A DNA stretch of 64,000 nt, taken from assembly GCA_963726455.1 (NCBI GenBank), contig CAVSCK010000004.1, positions 1,024,001 to 1,088,000 of the forward strand. Reading direction: 5' to 3'. Made by a program: the position numbers and the translations under genes. Shown here piece after piece: positions 18,758 through 28,290 of the stretch (positions are counted from its first letter, which is position 1; each line of letters opens with the position of its first letter). Source of the stretch: an uncultured bacterium. GTDB taxonomy: Bacteria; Zixibacteria; MSB-5A5; CAIYYT01. The notes beneath the pieces were generated by a model. The model did not search any database. It saw only the letters and a list, made by a program, of their open reading frames with translations, and was not told the origin of the DNA.

Positions 18758-19695
18758 ATTCAAGTATTACTCAGACCACTCTGCCGAGCACTAACAGTGT
18801 CGGCTTTCAGCAGCTTATCGATGCTTTTCTGTCCCGCCGAAGTCGAGAGACTCGGCGGGCTTACTCAAAGGACTTGGCCGACTTCGCGACGTATCTTGAA
18901 GTCGCTGACAATGAAACTGCCCTACTGCGGCTCGTGTCCAGTGGCCAAGGACAAGCGAATTCGATGGTCATGGGTTACAAGACGGCGCTGATCGAAGGCG
19001 GCAAATCGCCGAACACGGTCAACCGCCGACTGGCAACCTTGCGCTCGGCCGTCAAGTTAGCAATCACGCTCGGACTTGTGAACTGGACAATAAGCATCGA
19101 AAACGAGCGAGTCGAAGCCTATCGGGACACGACCGGGCCAGGCATTGAGGGATTCAGGAAACTACTCAGGTATTCGGCTCTTTCGGCACCGCCCTTTATG
19201 GGATCTCGGAATACCGCAATTCTGCGGTTATTGTTCGACCTGGCGCTTCGGCGCGGAGAAGTTGCCCAACTCGACTTGGCCGACTTGGACATCGACAACG
19301 GCACTATTCAGGTCATTGGCAAAGGTCGGAGCCAGAAAGCCACTCTGACACTGCCAGCGGCAACATGCGGGGCTTTGAGAGCTTGGCTCATGGTCAGAGG
19401 CGCCCAACCGGGGCCGCTGTTTAGGAACTTTGACCGGGCGCGCAAAGGCAACCGGCTGACCGACGGTGGAATTTACCGGATGGTGCGAAACCTGGGGCGC
19501 AAGATCGGTTTGGTAGTCCGACCTCACGGCTTGCGCCATGCCGCGATCACAAAGGCGCTTGACCTCACCGGCGGCAACGTCCGTAGCGTGCAAAAGTTCT
19601 CCCGACACCGGAACATGCAGACCTTAATGGTCTATGACGACAACAGACAGAATCTCGCCGGTACAGTCTCAAATCTGATTGCCGAGGCGGTTTAA
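18754..19695 (+). CDS. Tyrosine recombinase (XerC-like, no arm-binding domain)
   Basis: SAM-like N-terminus; catalytic R (LRRGEV), K (GKG), HGLRH, SRH...Y (LMVYDD). Confidence 0.92.
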   Translation: MNSSITQTTLPSTNSVGFQQLIDAFLSRRSRETRRAYSKDLADFATYLEVADNETALLRLVSSGQGQANSMVMGYKTALIEGGKSPNTVNRRLATLRSAVKLAITLGLVNWTISIENERVEAYRDTTGPGIEGFRKLLRYSALSAPPFMGSRNTAILRLLFDLALRRGEVAQLDLADLDIDNGTIQVIGKGRSQKATLTLPAATCGALRAWLMVRGAQPGPLFRNFDRARKGNRLTDGGIYRMVRNLGRKIGLVVRPHGLRHAAITKALDLTGGNVRSVQKFSRHRNMQTLMVYDDNRQNLAGTVSNLIAEAV

Positions 19696-19760
19696 ATTCG
19701 GTAGAATATGAGCACGGAAACCATCATTATCAGGCTCATATTCAGCCGGGGAAGTGAACT

Positions 19761-19994
19761 ATGAGTAGCGTTTACATGACCACAGCACAAGCCGCCGAGC
19801 GCCTGCAATACAGTTATAGCCACTTCGTGAGGGTCTTATTGCCAAAGTTGCCGGGCGTCATCAGAAATGGCAAGAATGGCGCTTATCGAATTCCCGTCGC
19901 GTCGTTGGTCGAATTTGAACGAAAGCATTTGGTCACTCACAACCCGGATTCGAAACCAGCAGCCTTTCGAGGGGGCACTGAGCAGAAGGAATAA
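19761..19994 (+). CDS. Helix-turn-helix (excisionase/MerR-like) protein
   Basis: YMTTAQAAERL...GAYRIPVASLVEF. Confidence 0.7.
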   Translation: MSSVYMTTAQAAERLQYSYSHFVRVLLPKLPGVIRNGKNGAYRIPVASLVEFERKHLVTHNPDSKPAAFRGGTEQKE

Positions 19995-20020
19995 TCAAGA
20001 GACATTCAAGTGGCTCAATA

Positions 20021-21400
20021 TTAGCTCCCAGCATTGGGTGACCTGAGAATTCTCTCCAGCTTCCGCCTGCTGATCCCCAACGCCCTCATAGTCGCACTCT
20101 TGTTGCCGTTATTCTTTTCCATGACAGCCGTCACAAAACGCTGTTCGAGCGTCACGATCGGCCAATTAGTATCAGCAACAAAACGGTGTGTGGGAGCGAT
20201 CTTATTGGGCTCGGCGATGGTTTGAGTCCCTTCAAAATTCATTGCCCACTTGGAACCGTATCTTCGAAAGAAATCGAGGGGACTTTCATCCGGGATATAA
20301 GTATCGAGCGGATTCTCGTGAATCTTTCGTTTGGCCGCTTTGATGAGGAACTTCTCTGCGAGCAGACGATAATCCTTCTCGCCAAAAGCGAGTATTGTTT
20401 CTCTACTCCACGCCCACTTCTTGAGTGTGCTCCGGTCAATGAACGAAAGTTGCCATCGGAAGGGATTCAGTCCAGCGAAACTTATGTCGGCCGCAAGCCA
20501 TCTTTCGGAGAAATACTCCCCCCCGAAGTAAGTGTCGGCATCGAGAAACCAACTGTAATTTCCTCGCCAGTGCTTCCACATAGGATGAGACCAGCGATGC
20601 CTATCGATACAGATATATCTCAGTACTTCATTCTTCAACTGCCGCACGTTGCCCTCCCATTCGTTCATCAGAAGTATGTGGACCAGAGCAGCCGGAAATA
20701 GGTCTATTCTTGCGATCTTCTCGTCGGCGCAAAATTCGTCGCAGAAATGCAGGAATAACTCTACCGCGTCAAGTCTTCTGTTTCTAAGGGGTTCCACTTC
20801 TATCTTCAATGGAAATCGCCAATACAGATCAGGACGGATTCCATATCTCCAGTCGTCTTCATTATTTCCTGTGGTGACACCACCACCGGCGTTCTTGACC
20901 GGCCGATTTGTTGCCGCAATGATTCGGCAATCAGACTTCTTGATTTCTGGAGACCCGAGTTTGTGGTATTCGCCCGACTCTATGAAACGGAGGATTTCTC
21001 CCTGAACCGACGAATCCAATCCGCCTATTTCATCGATAAAAAGAGTGCCTCCATTCGCCTCGAATACGAGGCCTTCCCTGTTCTCGGCACCAGTGTAAGC
21101 CCCTTTCTTGCATCCGAAAATCTGGCCGTGCGCCAACTGAGGATTTCCCTGAAAGTCGTACGAATTTACCGGCAGAATTCTTCCGCCTCGATTTCGGTCA
21201 CTCTTCTCATGCAAAAGATGCGCGACAACTTCTTTGCCAACACCCGACTCCCCCACGATCAGCACCGGCTCCCGCCGCGGAGCGTAAAGCTCGACATCGC
21301 CGCGCACTTGAGTCGTCGGTCCACTGCTACCGATCATCTTCTGTCTGGATACTTGGGTTTTCTCGGGTTGAACCGTCACTTCATTATGTGCGTTTTGCAT
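20021..21400 (-). CDS. Sigma-54 enhancer-binding AAA+ protein lacking an N-terminal regulatory domain
   Basis: GESGVGKE, FGCKKGAYTGA, TLFIDEIG, RIIAATN, WEGNVRQLKN; Trp-rich insertion; Fis HTH NGNKSATMRALGISRRKL. Confidence 0.88.
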   Translation of the reverse strand: MQNAHNEVTVQPEKTQVSRQKMIGSSGPTTQVRGDVELYAPRREPVLIVGESGVGKEVVAHLLHEKSDRNRGGRILPVNSYDFQGNPQLAHGQIFGCKKGAYTGAENREGLVFEANGGTLFIDEIGGLDSSVQGEILRFIESGEYHKLGSPEIKKSDCRIIAATNRPVKNAGGGVTTGNNEDDWRYGIRPDLYWRFPLKIEVEPLRNRRLDAVELFLHFCDEFCADEKIARIDLFPAALVHILLMNEWEGNVRQLKNEVLRYICIDRHRWSHPMWKHWRGNYSWFLDADTYFGGEYFSERWLAADISFAGLNPFRWQLSFIDRSTLKKWAWSRETILAFGEKDYRLLAEKFLIKAAKRKIHENPLDTYIPDESPLDFFRRYGSKWAMNFEGTQTIAEPNKIAPTHRFVADTNWPIVTLEQRFVTAVMEKNNGNKSATMRALGISRRKLERILRSPNAGS

Positions 21401-21500
21401 AATATGGTTCCTTTAGCTTAAGCATTTCGCTAAGGCCAAGCTAACACAAGTTAATAATAACGCAATCACTTTCTTCCAGACATCAGCATAATCCTTTGCA

Positions 21501-21513
21501 CATCAAGCAGTTA
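21501..21513 (+). promoter_or_regulatory. IHF-binding-like site
   Basis: CATCAAGCAGTTA vs WATCAANNNNTTR, just upstream of the -24 box. Confidence 0.45.
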
Positions 21514-21531
21514 TTTACGCGCCTTCCGGTT

Positions 21532-21547
21532 TGGCTCGGCTCTTGCT
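21532..21547 (+). promoter_or_regulatory. Sigma-54 (-24/-12) promoter of the element's main rightward operon
   Basis: TGGCTCG-GCTC-TTGCT, one mismatch to TGGCACG-N4-TTGCW. Confidence 0.75.
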
Positions 21548-21583
21548 ATACATACGGGAATGAAGCGATCCAAAGGAGATAAG

Positions 21584-21796
21584 ATGAATCAGTTTCGCTT
21601 GAAAAGAGTGCGGCTGGGGTTGACCCAGTACGACCTGTGGAGGGAGACCGGCATACCGCAATCTCGGATTTCGCTACTCGAACGCGGCTTCTACGAATTG
21701 AAGCCAGACGAAGACGAGAGGCTGAGATCGGTGTTGAAGATGCGCCCTCGGACTCCCAAAAATGACAAAACATCACTTGGCGCAACGGCTGCGTGA
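21584..21796 (+). CDS. XRE/Cro-like HTH protein
   Basis: RVRLGLTQYDLWRETGIPQSRISLLERG; RBS aaggag before ATG 21584. Confidence 0.85.
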   Translation: MNQFRLKRVRLGLTQYDLWRETGIPQSRISLLERGFYELKPDEDERLRSVLKMRPRTPKNDKTSLGATAA

Positions 21797-22002
21797 ACTT
21801 GAGGAACCCAGTGCCGCGACAAAGGCCACAGACGAAAGTGAATGTCAACCTCGGGACACCTAACCCAGACGGCCTTGCTCTGCTTGTCAACTTCGTTTCG
21901 ACCCGACTCGTGGTATCGATTCTCCAAAGTAACCAAGAACACAACCAAGAGGGCGACACCGTTGGGAGCCCTTCACCGGAAAGGAGTTCACAACGTGTGT
22001 AG
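21793..22002 (+). CDS. Small hypothetical protein
   Basis: GTGA overlap with the HTH gene, operon-like packing. Confidence 0.35.
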   Translation: MNLRNPVPRQRPQTKVNVNLGTPNPDGLALLVNFVSTRLVVSILQSNQEHNQEGDTVGSPSPERSSQRV

Positions 22003-22213
22003 CAAACTCGATTCGTTCAAAGAGTTTGTCCTCCGAGGTCACAAGTTAATCAGCGAGGGACAGGCCGACAAAGCTTTGTCTCTTGCATTCTGTCTACTCG
22101 ACAGCTTGGGCAATGTGGCGTTTCGCGAACAGGAACCTAAGAGAGCGTGCGTTTCCAAAAGCGTGCAGCCTTCGAATTCGAAACGAATTAACCAAATACA
22201 AAGGAAGAGGTAA
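21995..22213 (+). CDS. Small hypothetical protein
   Basis: RBS aaggag at 21981, GTG start. Confidence 0.45.
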   Translation: MCSKLDSFKEFVLRGHKLISEGQADKALSLAFCLLDSLGNVAFREQEPKRACVSKSVQPSNSKRINQIQRKR

Positions 22214-22217
22214 AACG

Positions 22218-22667
22218 ATGACAGGCGAGATCAAGGTACTCGGACAAAAGCCAGTTCAAGTCAGCTTGGCAGGACAGGAATTCACCATCTATCCGGCGAC
22301 ACACTATCGGATGAATCAGATCCTTGAGTGCGCCGCAACGGCGAGAGCAAATTCGGAAGCCATGCGCAAAGCAGAGGAGACCGAAGATGCGGCAATCAAA
22401 GCGCGGGGCGAAGAAATCCCCATCAGACCACTCAAGTCGACGCCGGTCGATTACGGAATTCTCCGGCTTATCTGCAAGGCTCCAGACACTTTCGAGAACA
22501 GCAAATTGGTTGAAGGCAAGGTTCCCGCTGTACTGACCAACGAATTCTGGAGCCAGCAAGTCCAGACGGCGGAAATAGCGGGCTTATTCGAGGTCTTTGT
22601 GTCCCTGCTTGACATCGACAAGCTCATTAAGAACGCTCTCTCACTCGTGGGACAGACCCGTGTGTAG
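22218..22667 (+). CDS. Putative tail assembly chaperone-like protein
   Basis: 149 aa with N-terminal VSLAGQEFTIYP strands then helices; directly upstream of the tape-measure-like gene (positional inference). Confidence 0.45.
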   Translation: MTGEIKVLGQKPVQVSLAGQEFTIYPATHYRMNQILECAATARANSEAMRKAEETEDAAIKARGEEIPIRPLKSTPVDYGILRLICKAPDTFENSKLVEGKVPAVLTNEFWSQQVQTAEIAGLFEVFVSLLDIDKLIKNALSLVGQTRV

Positions 22668-22715
22668 CCCCATGACAGAAGATGACTCGGATTTTCCAAA
22701 AAACTTGGAGCGTAA

Positions 22716-25504
22716 ATGCCCGGTGTAGTTGACATCCTGAAATATGTGTTGGAGCTGGACTCCGGCCAACTCAAAGCCGAAGCGAAACAATCCGACACAA
22801 TAATCAACCAGTTGTCAGGCACAATCAAGGGCGCGCTTGTTGGCGCATTGGGTGCCGCCGCTGTTGGTTTCGCTACGGTCAAGATCGGCGAATTTCTGAA
22901 AGATGCCACCCTGACGGCGGCACGTACCGAAGTGTTGGGAACTGTCTTGCATCAGGTCGGCAAGGTGGCGGGTGAATCAAGCGGATATCTTGACGGCTTA
23001 GCCGACAAGGTTGAGGCGCTAGGGGTCACTACCCAAGCAAGTCGCACTCTGCTTATTCGACTGATGCAGTCTCATCTTGACCTTGCCTATGCCGTGAAGA
23101 TTGCGACAGTTGCGCAAGACTTAGCCGTAGTCGCTGATCAGAATTCCTCTGAGGCCGCCGAAGGAATTACGATAGCAATTGCCAAAACCGATGTTGAGCT
23201 GTTGCGGCAATATGGTATCGTCATTAACGCAGAGCGACTATTCAAACAGTACGCCCAGACAATCAATAAATCAGCGTCCGAACTTTCCGATCTCGACCGT
23301 CGCACGGCGATTGCTAACGAGGTATTTCGCCAAGGGGCTGCCTCCGCTGGTACTTACGAAGCGGCAATGGCTGATGTCGGCAAGCAGATAACATCAATGC
23401 CTCGATACGTCGAGGAGATGAAGAACGCTCTCGGAAAGGGGTTTCTCCCCCTGCTCGCTGACATTGTGCATTTACTTCGCGACGCCACAGTCGGCCTTAC
23501 CGATTTTCTGACACCGGCGACAGAACTAAAAACAGCCGAACTAAACAAACTACAGTCAGAATTTAGCAAGATCACTGGAATCTTACCTGACTTGGTAAAG
23601 GAATTTGTAAATCTATCCACCAAGACAAGACTCACCAACACCGAACAAGATCGGCTCCTTACCATTCAGCAACAGATCGCCGCGCTCGCTCCCGGCTATA
23701 TCACAGCACTCAACGATGAGGGTATGGCGCTCGACCTTAACGCCAAATCCTTAGCCAACTACACCGGATTGCGCAAGGAACAGATTGAAACTATTAAGAA
23801 TGATCTGATTTCAGCACTGTTAGCGGAGGAGGAGGCACAAGATCGCGCCAACAAGAAGAACCTTGCTGCGATTGAGAATTTCAAGAAGATAGCCGCTTCG
23901 AACAAAGCTGCTGGTGTTAAGGTTGGCTATGGCATCCCAGGCCAAATCAATGAGATAGTGATCGAATTGTCGAAGGGCATCCAGCGCTCACTTGAATTAC
24001 AACAGCGCATCGCGGCACTTGGAAGCGAGGGGAGGATGCTGCCAAGAAAATTGAGAAGATACCAGAAGACCTGAAAATCGAGATCAAATTCGGCAGCGAG
24101 AACTTGTCCTCCGCCGAGGAGCAGATAAAGCGCATTCAGTCATTAGTCGAGGCGGTTCAATCCCAATTCGGCGACCAAGGGATTACGCCCGATAGCGACA
24201 AGTTGATTGCGGCATTGCGGTCACTTATCAATTCGGAAGCGGCGATGCTTTCGACCGATGCCCAGAGGATTATCATTGACGCACTCAACAAGGCGCGGGA
24301 CAACCAACGCAGTGATGCTAAGTCGAAATCCGATCAGGAGCGATATTACAAGGACATACAGGAGAGCGAAGCCAATGCAGCGAAAGATCGCCTCAATGAC
24401 ATAGAAAAGGAAAAGCGGGCGCGTGTAAATGCAGCCGTCGATGTCGCTGACGCCCTTGGTTATGCCGCTACCAATTTCTTTGGTCTCTTCGATGAAGGTA
24501 TTGCCCGAATCGCCTCGAATCTCAGTAACGCGATCAGTGGCGCAATTTCTGGATTCTCACAAGGCGGAGTTGCCGGGATTGCCGGAGCTATCGGCTCGAT
24601 TCTTTCAGGATTCGCTTCCCTTTTCAGCGGTGGAGCGGACAAGATTGTCGTGTCGCAATACGAATTGATCGAAGCCATCGAAAATTGGGAGTCTACCATT
24701 GAGACATTGACGCCAAAAGAAAAAACCGCGCAACAAGAGATGGCCGAACTCGGTATTGAGGCGGCCAGCAGATTAATGGGCAACGGTTGGGACTGGAATC
24801 AGATTGTGGCACTGCTCAGACCCCTATTTGAATCTGTCGGGTTATCCATTCCACAAGGCATTACATATGAGCAATTTCTTGGTTGGGGAAATGACATCAT
24901 CGCGGACATTGGCGCATCAAATGCACAAACGACCGCTGAATTGAAAGCGGATAATGCCGCGTCGCGCAGGGAACTTGTTCTGAGTCAAAAGACGGGAACT
25001 GACGCGCTTGAGACCATCGCCGATCTTGATAAACTCTATGCCTTGAGCCCCGAGGAATTGCATGCTCTCTATGAAGAAACGATGGCGAAGTTTGGTGACA
25101 AAATGTCAGATAGCGACAGAATCAACACACAGGCATTGATTAACGATTACCACAGAGGAGAGGCTGAGCGAGCGCAGAGCGGGGCCGGAGCCGAGCAGAC
25201 TCAGGCGTCCCGCTCGATTCAGAAAATAACCGAACGCCAGGTCGACTCGCTCATTTCCGCGTTGTCCACCATCGACCTGCACATAACCGAGGGCATACAG
25301 AAATTGCTCGATGGCATCCGCAACACGACTAACAGGACAACCATGAATGCGGCGGCGACTATCGAAGTGGCGGTAATCAACGCGGGTGTAATCAACACGG
25401 GGTCGATCAGAGTAGCGGGATCGATGAGTGGCAATAATGGCGCATCGGCGAATACGAAGCAATTACTTACTGTCGAATCACGCAGCCTAGGTAGGAGGGT
25501 GTAA
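22716..25504 (+). CDS. Phage tail tape-measure-like protein, split by a frameshift near 24030
   Basis: Ala/Gly-rich amphipathic helical segments, ELLRQYGIVI...SELSDLDRRTAIANEVFRQG core, IAGIAGAIGSILSGFASLFSGG segment; second frame open from ~24032 (EDAAKKIEKIPEDL...) into ORF 24104-25504. Confidence 0.72.
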
Positions 25505-25574
25505 GGCATGTCATCGGAAGCAAACACAGCGTGTGCGAGAATCACCGGAGTTGACTGTGTCTAACCGCGCAAAA

Positions 25575-25985
25575 ATGACACCTGAAAAAAGAGAGACGTT
25601 CCTCGCTACGCTTGAGACTACGGGAGGGCAGATAACAAAGGCATGTAAGGCCTGTGCTGTTTCGCGCGACGTAATCTATCGACTTCGCAAAAGTGATGAA
25701 CAATTCGGGAAAGACTTCGAAGCCGCACTCGACAAAGGCATTGACCTGCTCGAAGCGGAATGCAAGCGGCGCGCATTTGAAGGCGTTCCCAAACCCGTGT
25801 TCTATAAAGGCAAAGAGTGCGGGATCATTCAGGAATACTCCGATACACTTGCGATCTTCCTGATGAAGGCTCACCGGTCGAAGTACAAAGAGAAATTCCT
25901 ACTGACTGGTGAAGGCGGCGGCGCAGTCAAAGTCCTCGTTGAATATGTGAACAAACCCAATGGAGTGTATCGTGAAGTGTGTTGA
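25575..25985 (+). CDS. Terminase small subunit-like HTH protein
   Basis: FLATLETTGGQITKACK...EAECKRRAFEGVPKPVFYKG...YSDTLAIFLMKAHRSKYKE pattern of phage TerS-like proteins. Confidence 0.72.
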   Translation: MTPEKRETFLATLETTGGQITKACKACAVSRDVIYRLRKSDEQFGKDFEAALDKGIDLLEAECKRRAFEGVPKPVFYKGKECGIIQEYSDTLAIFLMKAHRSKYKEKFLLTGEGGGAVKVLVEYVNKPNGVYREVC

Positions 25986-26397
25986 CCTCAAGACAGTTTT
26001 CGGACGGAGATACAAGATTGCTGCTGATCCCTCGGCCGGGGCCCGCAACGTCGATCCGTGGTACTGGACTATCCCCTGCCGGCGCGGCGAAATCTATCCC
26101 TATGGCGGCGACTTCCTTTGTGCCTCGGTACGAAATGGGGCGGTTTCCAAGTCGATGCGCTCCTGGCCCGAGCTGACGGTTTTGCAGGACGCCGACGACG
26201 AGACAGTCTTCAAGTTTCACGTCAACAACTTCGAAAAGGTAGCTCAGGCCGTGGGTGCCAAGAAACGGCGGCGAATGTCAGTCGAGACCATGAAGAAAAT
26301 TGGTGCAGACACGGCGTACGTGACGCCAAACGGGGGTGAATTTCAACGATCTCCCCAAGGGGCGAGTGATTTGACACGGGGGGCAGTTCGTGTATGA
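25960..26397 (+). CDS. Hypothetical MGE protein
   Basis: Overlaps both neighbours; DPWYWTIPCRRGEIYPYGG...QDADDE motif; function unknown. Confidence 0.6.
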   Translation: MECIVKCVDLKTVFGRRYKIAADPSAGARNVDPWYWTIPCRRGEIYPYGGDFLCASVRNGAVSKSMRSWPELTVLQDADDETVFKFHVNNFEKVAQAVGAKKRRRMSVETMKKIGADTAYVTPNGGEFQRSPQGASDLTRGAVRV

Positions 26398-27022
26398 TTT
26401 AGACACCCTAAAGGCCGGCGTCACCATCGAGAACATCCTTGACGATTTCGGGATTGCCCACCGCCATCACAGGGCAGCCTGTCCCGTTCACCGTGGCGAC
26501 AATAGGTCTGCTTTCAGCTTCAACGATGAGGCTTTCTACTGCCACACCCAAGGATGCAAGGGCGGCGTTATCGACCTGGTCATGGCTCTGGCCGGGACTG
26601 ATTTCAGGGGCGCGCTGGACTATCTGGCTCGCAAGAAGGGAATCGCGAATGATTTCGGAATCACCGGGACGACTCAGTTTACAAGGAGTCTGCCTGACAA
26701 TTCTGATCCATTCAGGGAAGAAAGGAAACGGCTCTCACCAAAAGACTATGTGGAGTTGCTTTGTATGGCCGACGATCTTAACCGCGCTGAATCCGACCTC
26801 GCCGAATGCAGGAGTAACATTGGCACACTGACCGCCCAATTATCCCAACTTATCCACCTCAAGAGGCGGAAACAGATTGCCAAATCGCTGTACTACTTGA
26901 ACACACAGAAGATCGACGACAACCGGCTCGCACTGTTCGACGAGCAGGAAGCACAACTCAACTACAAGGTCAAAGAGATAAAGCGGCAAATCAGCGAGTT
27001 CAGGAAGAAGGTAAGGCAATGA
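26390..27022 (+). CDS. CHC2 zinc-finger (DnaG zinc-binding domain) protein with C-terminal coiled coil
   Basis: CPVHRGDNRSAFSF...FYCHTQGCKGGVIDLVM...FRGALDYLA. Confidence 0.85.
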   Translation: MYDLDTLKAGVTIENILDDFGIAHRHHRAACPVHRGDNRSAFSFNDEAFYCHTQGCKGGVIDLVMALAGTDFRGALDYLARKKGIANDFGITGTTQFTRSLPDNSDPFREERKRLSPKDYVELLCMADDLNRAESDLAECRSNIGTLTAQLSQLIHLKRRKQIAKSLYYLNTQKIDDNRLALFDEQEAQLNYKVKEIKRQISEFRKKVRQ

Positions 27023-28263
27023 TTAGCGACTGCGAAATTGACGCCGAGTTTTGCCAAGAGACCGACGCTGACATCGACCTGACGATACCCGAATCCGGCT
27101 TTCTCCTGAAATATTACAACCTAATCTGCCCTATCACAGAGGCGCCTGAAGTCTACCATCTGTTTATGGGAATGTCTTTGATCGCCGGTGTCCTCGGGCG
27201 CAAAGTGTTTCTCGACTGGACGGCTTACAAGATTTACCCGAACCTGTATATCATCCTGGTCGGCGCGTCTTCAGCAATCAAGAAATCGACGTCAATCAAC
27301 CAAGCCCGACCGTTTCTTAACGCCGTCGATCCCAACCTGATCTTTCCAAATGAATTCTCGAATGAAGCTTTCTTGGAGCTCCTTGTCACTCAGCCGCAAG
27401 GTTCGCTGTTCTGGGATGAATTCGGCGGCGTGCTCGCGACATTCGAGCGTTCGTACATGTCCGGTACCAAAGAAATGCTGACCTCGATGTTTGACTGTCC
27501 GAGTGACTATCGACGGTTGCTCAAAGGCAACGCCAAGAGCAAAGAGTCGGGCAAGGTCGTTATCATCCGGGAACCGTACATCAATATCGCCACTACTTCA
27601 ACCCTTGAGTGGCTCGTCAATCGGATCAAGGAACAGGATATCAAGTCGGGTTTCCTGGCTCGATTTGTCTACGTGCCCGGTAAAGAGCCGAGCAAACGAC
27701 TTTCGCGCCCGCCCAAATTAGATCAGAAGTTGAGGTCCGAAATCATCATGGAGTTGAAGGCTATTCGAGAGATTTCGGGCGAAGCGGAACTCACTGACGA
27801 CGCGTTTCTGTACTATGACACCTGGTACAACGGTGTCTTTGATCAGATACAGAAGGGCGACAATCGCGACAAGCTCTCCCCTTTCTTTAGCCGGCTACTG
27901 GTCTACGCTCTCAAATTCGCCCTGATCTACCAAGTGTCCGAAGATCACTCGCTGACAATTCAGGAACACAACATGATCAGGGCGTGTCAGTTGGTCGACT
28001 TCCTCAAGCGCAACATCAAAGACATGGTCGAAAATGAACTGGTTTTTGGTGTGGACGCCATTCAGTTGAAGAGAGTGTTGGAAGTCATCAAGTCAGAGGG
28101 TGCGATTGAACGGAGCAAACTTTTCACGCGAGTGAACTATCGAAAAGACATTCTCAACCGACTCATCGATACCCTTCTTGAGCAGGAACAGATTTCGGTT
28201 TCTCGGGAACAGTGGCACAAGGGGAAGAAGCCGAGAACGATTTACACCTATAACGGTAAGTGA
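27019..28263 (+). CDS. DUF3987/YfjI-like P-loop NTPase (replication helicase-like) with C-terminal winged helix
   Basis: PNLYIILVGASSAIKKSTS, WDEFG, SGFLARF motifs. Confidence 0.8.
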   Translation: MISDCEIDAEFCQETDADIDLTIPESGFLLKYYNLICPITEAPEVYHLFMGMSLIAGVLGRKVFLDWTAYKIYPNLYIILVGASSAIKKSTSINQARPFLNAVDPNLIFPNEFSNEAFLELLVTQPQGSLFWDEFGGVLATFERSYMSGTKEMLTSMFDCPSDYRRLLKGNAKSKESGKVVIIREPYINIATTSTLEWLVNRIKEQDIKSGFLARFVYVPGKEPSKRLSRPPKLDQKLRSEIIMELKAIREISGEAELTDDAFLYYDTWYNGVFDQIQKGDNRDKLSPFFSRLLVYALKFALIYQVSEDHSLTIQEHNMIRACQLVDFLKRNIKDMVENELVFGVDAIQLKRVLEVIKSEGAIERSKLFTRVNYRKDILNRLIDTLLEQEQISVSREQWHKGKKPRTIYTYNGK

Positions 28264-28290
28264 CAACCACTTAGGGCGCTTGAAAGGAAA

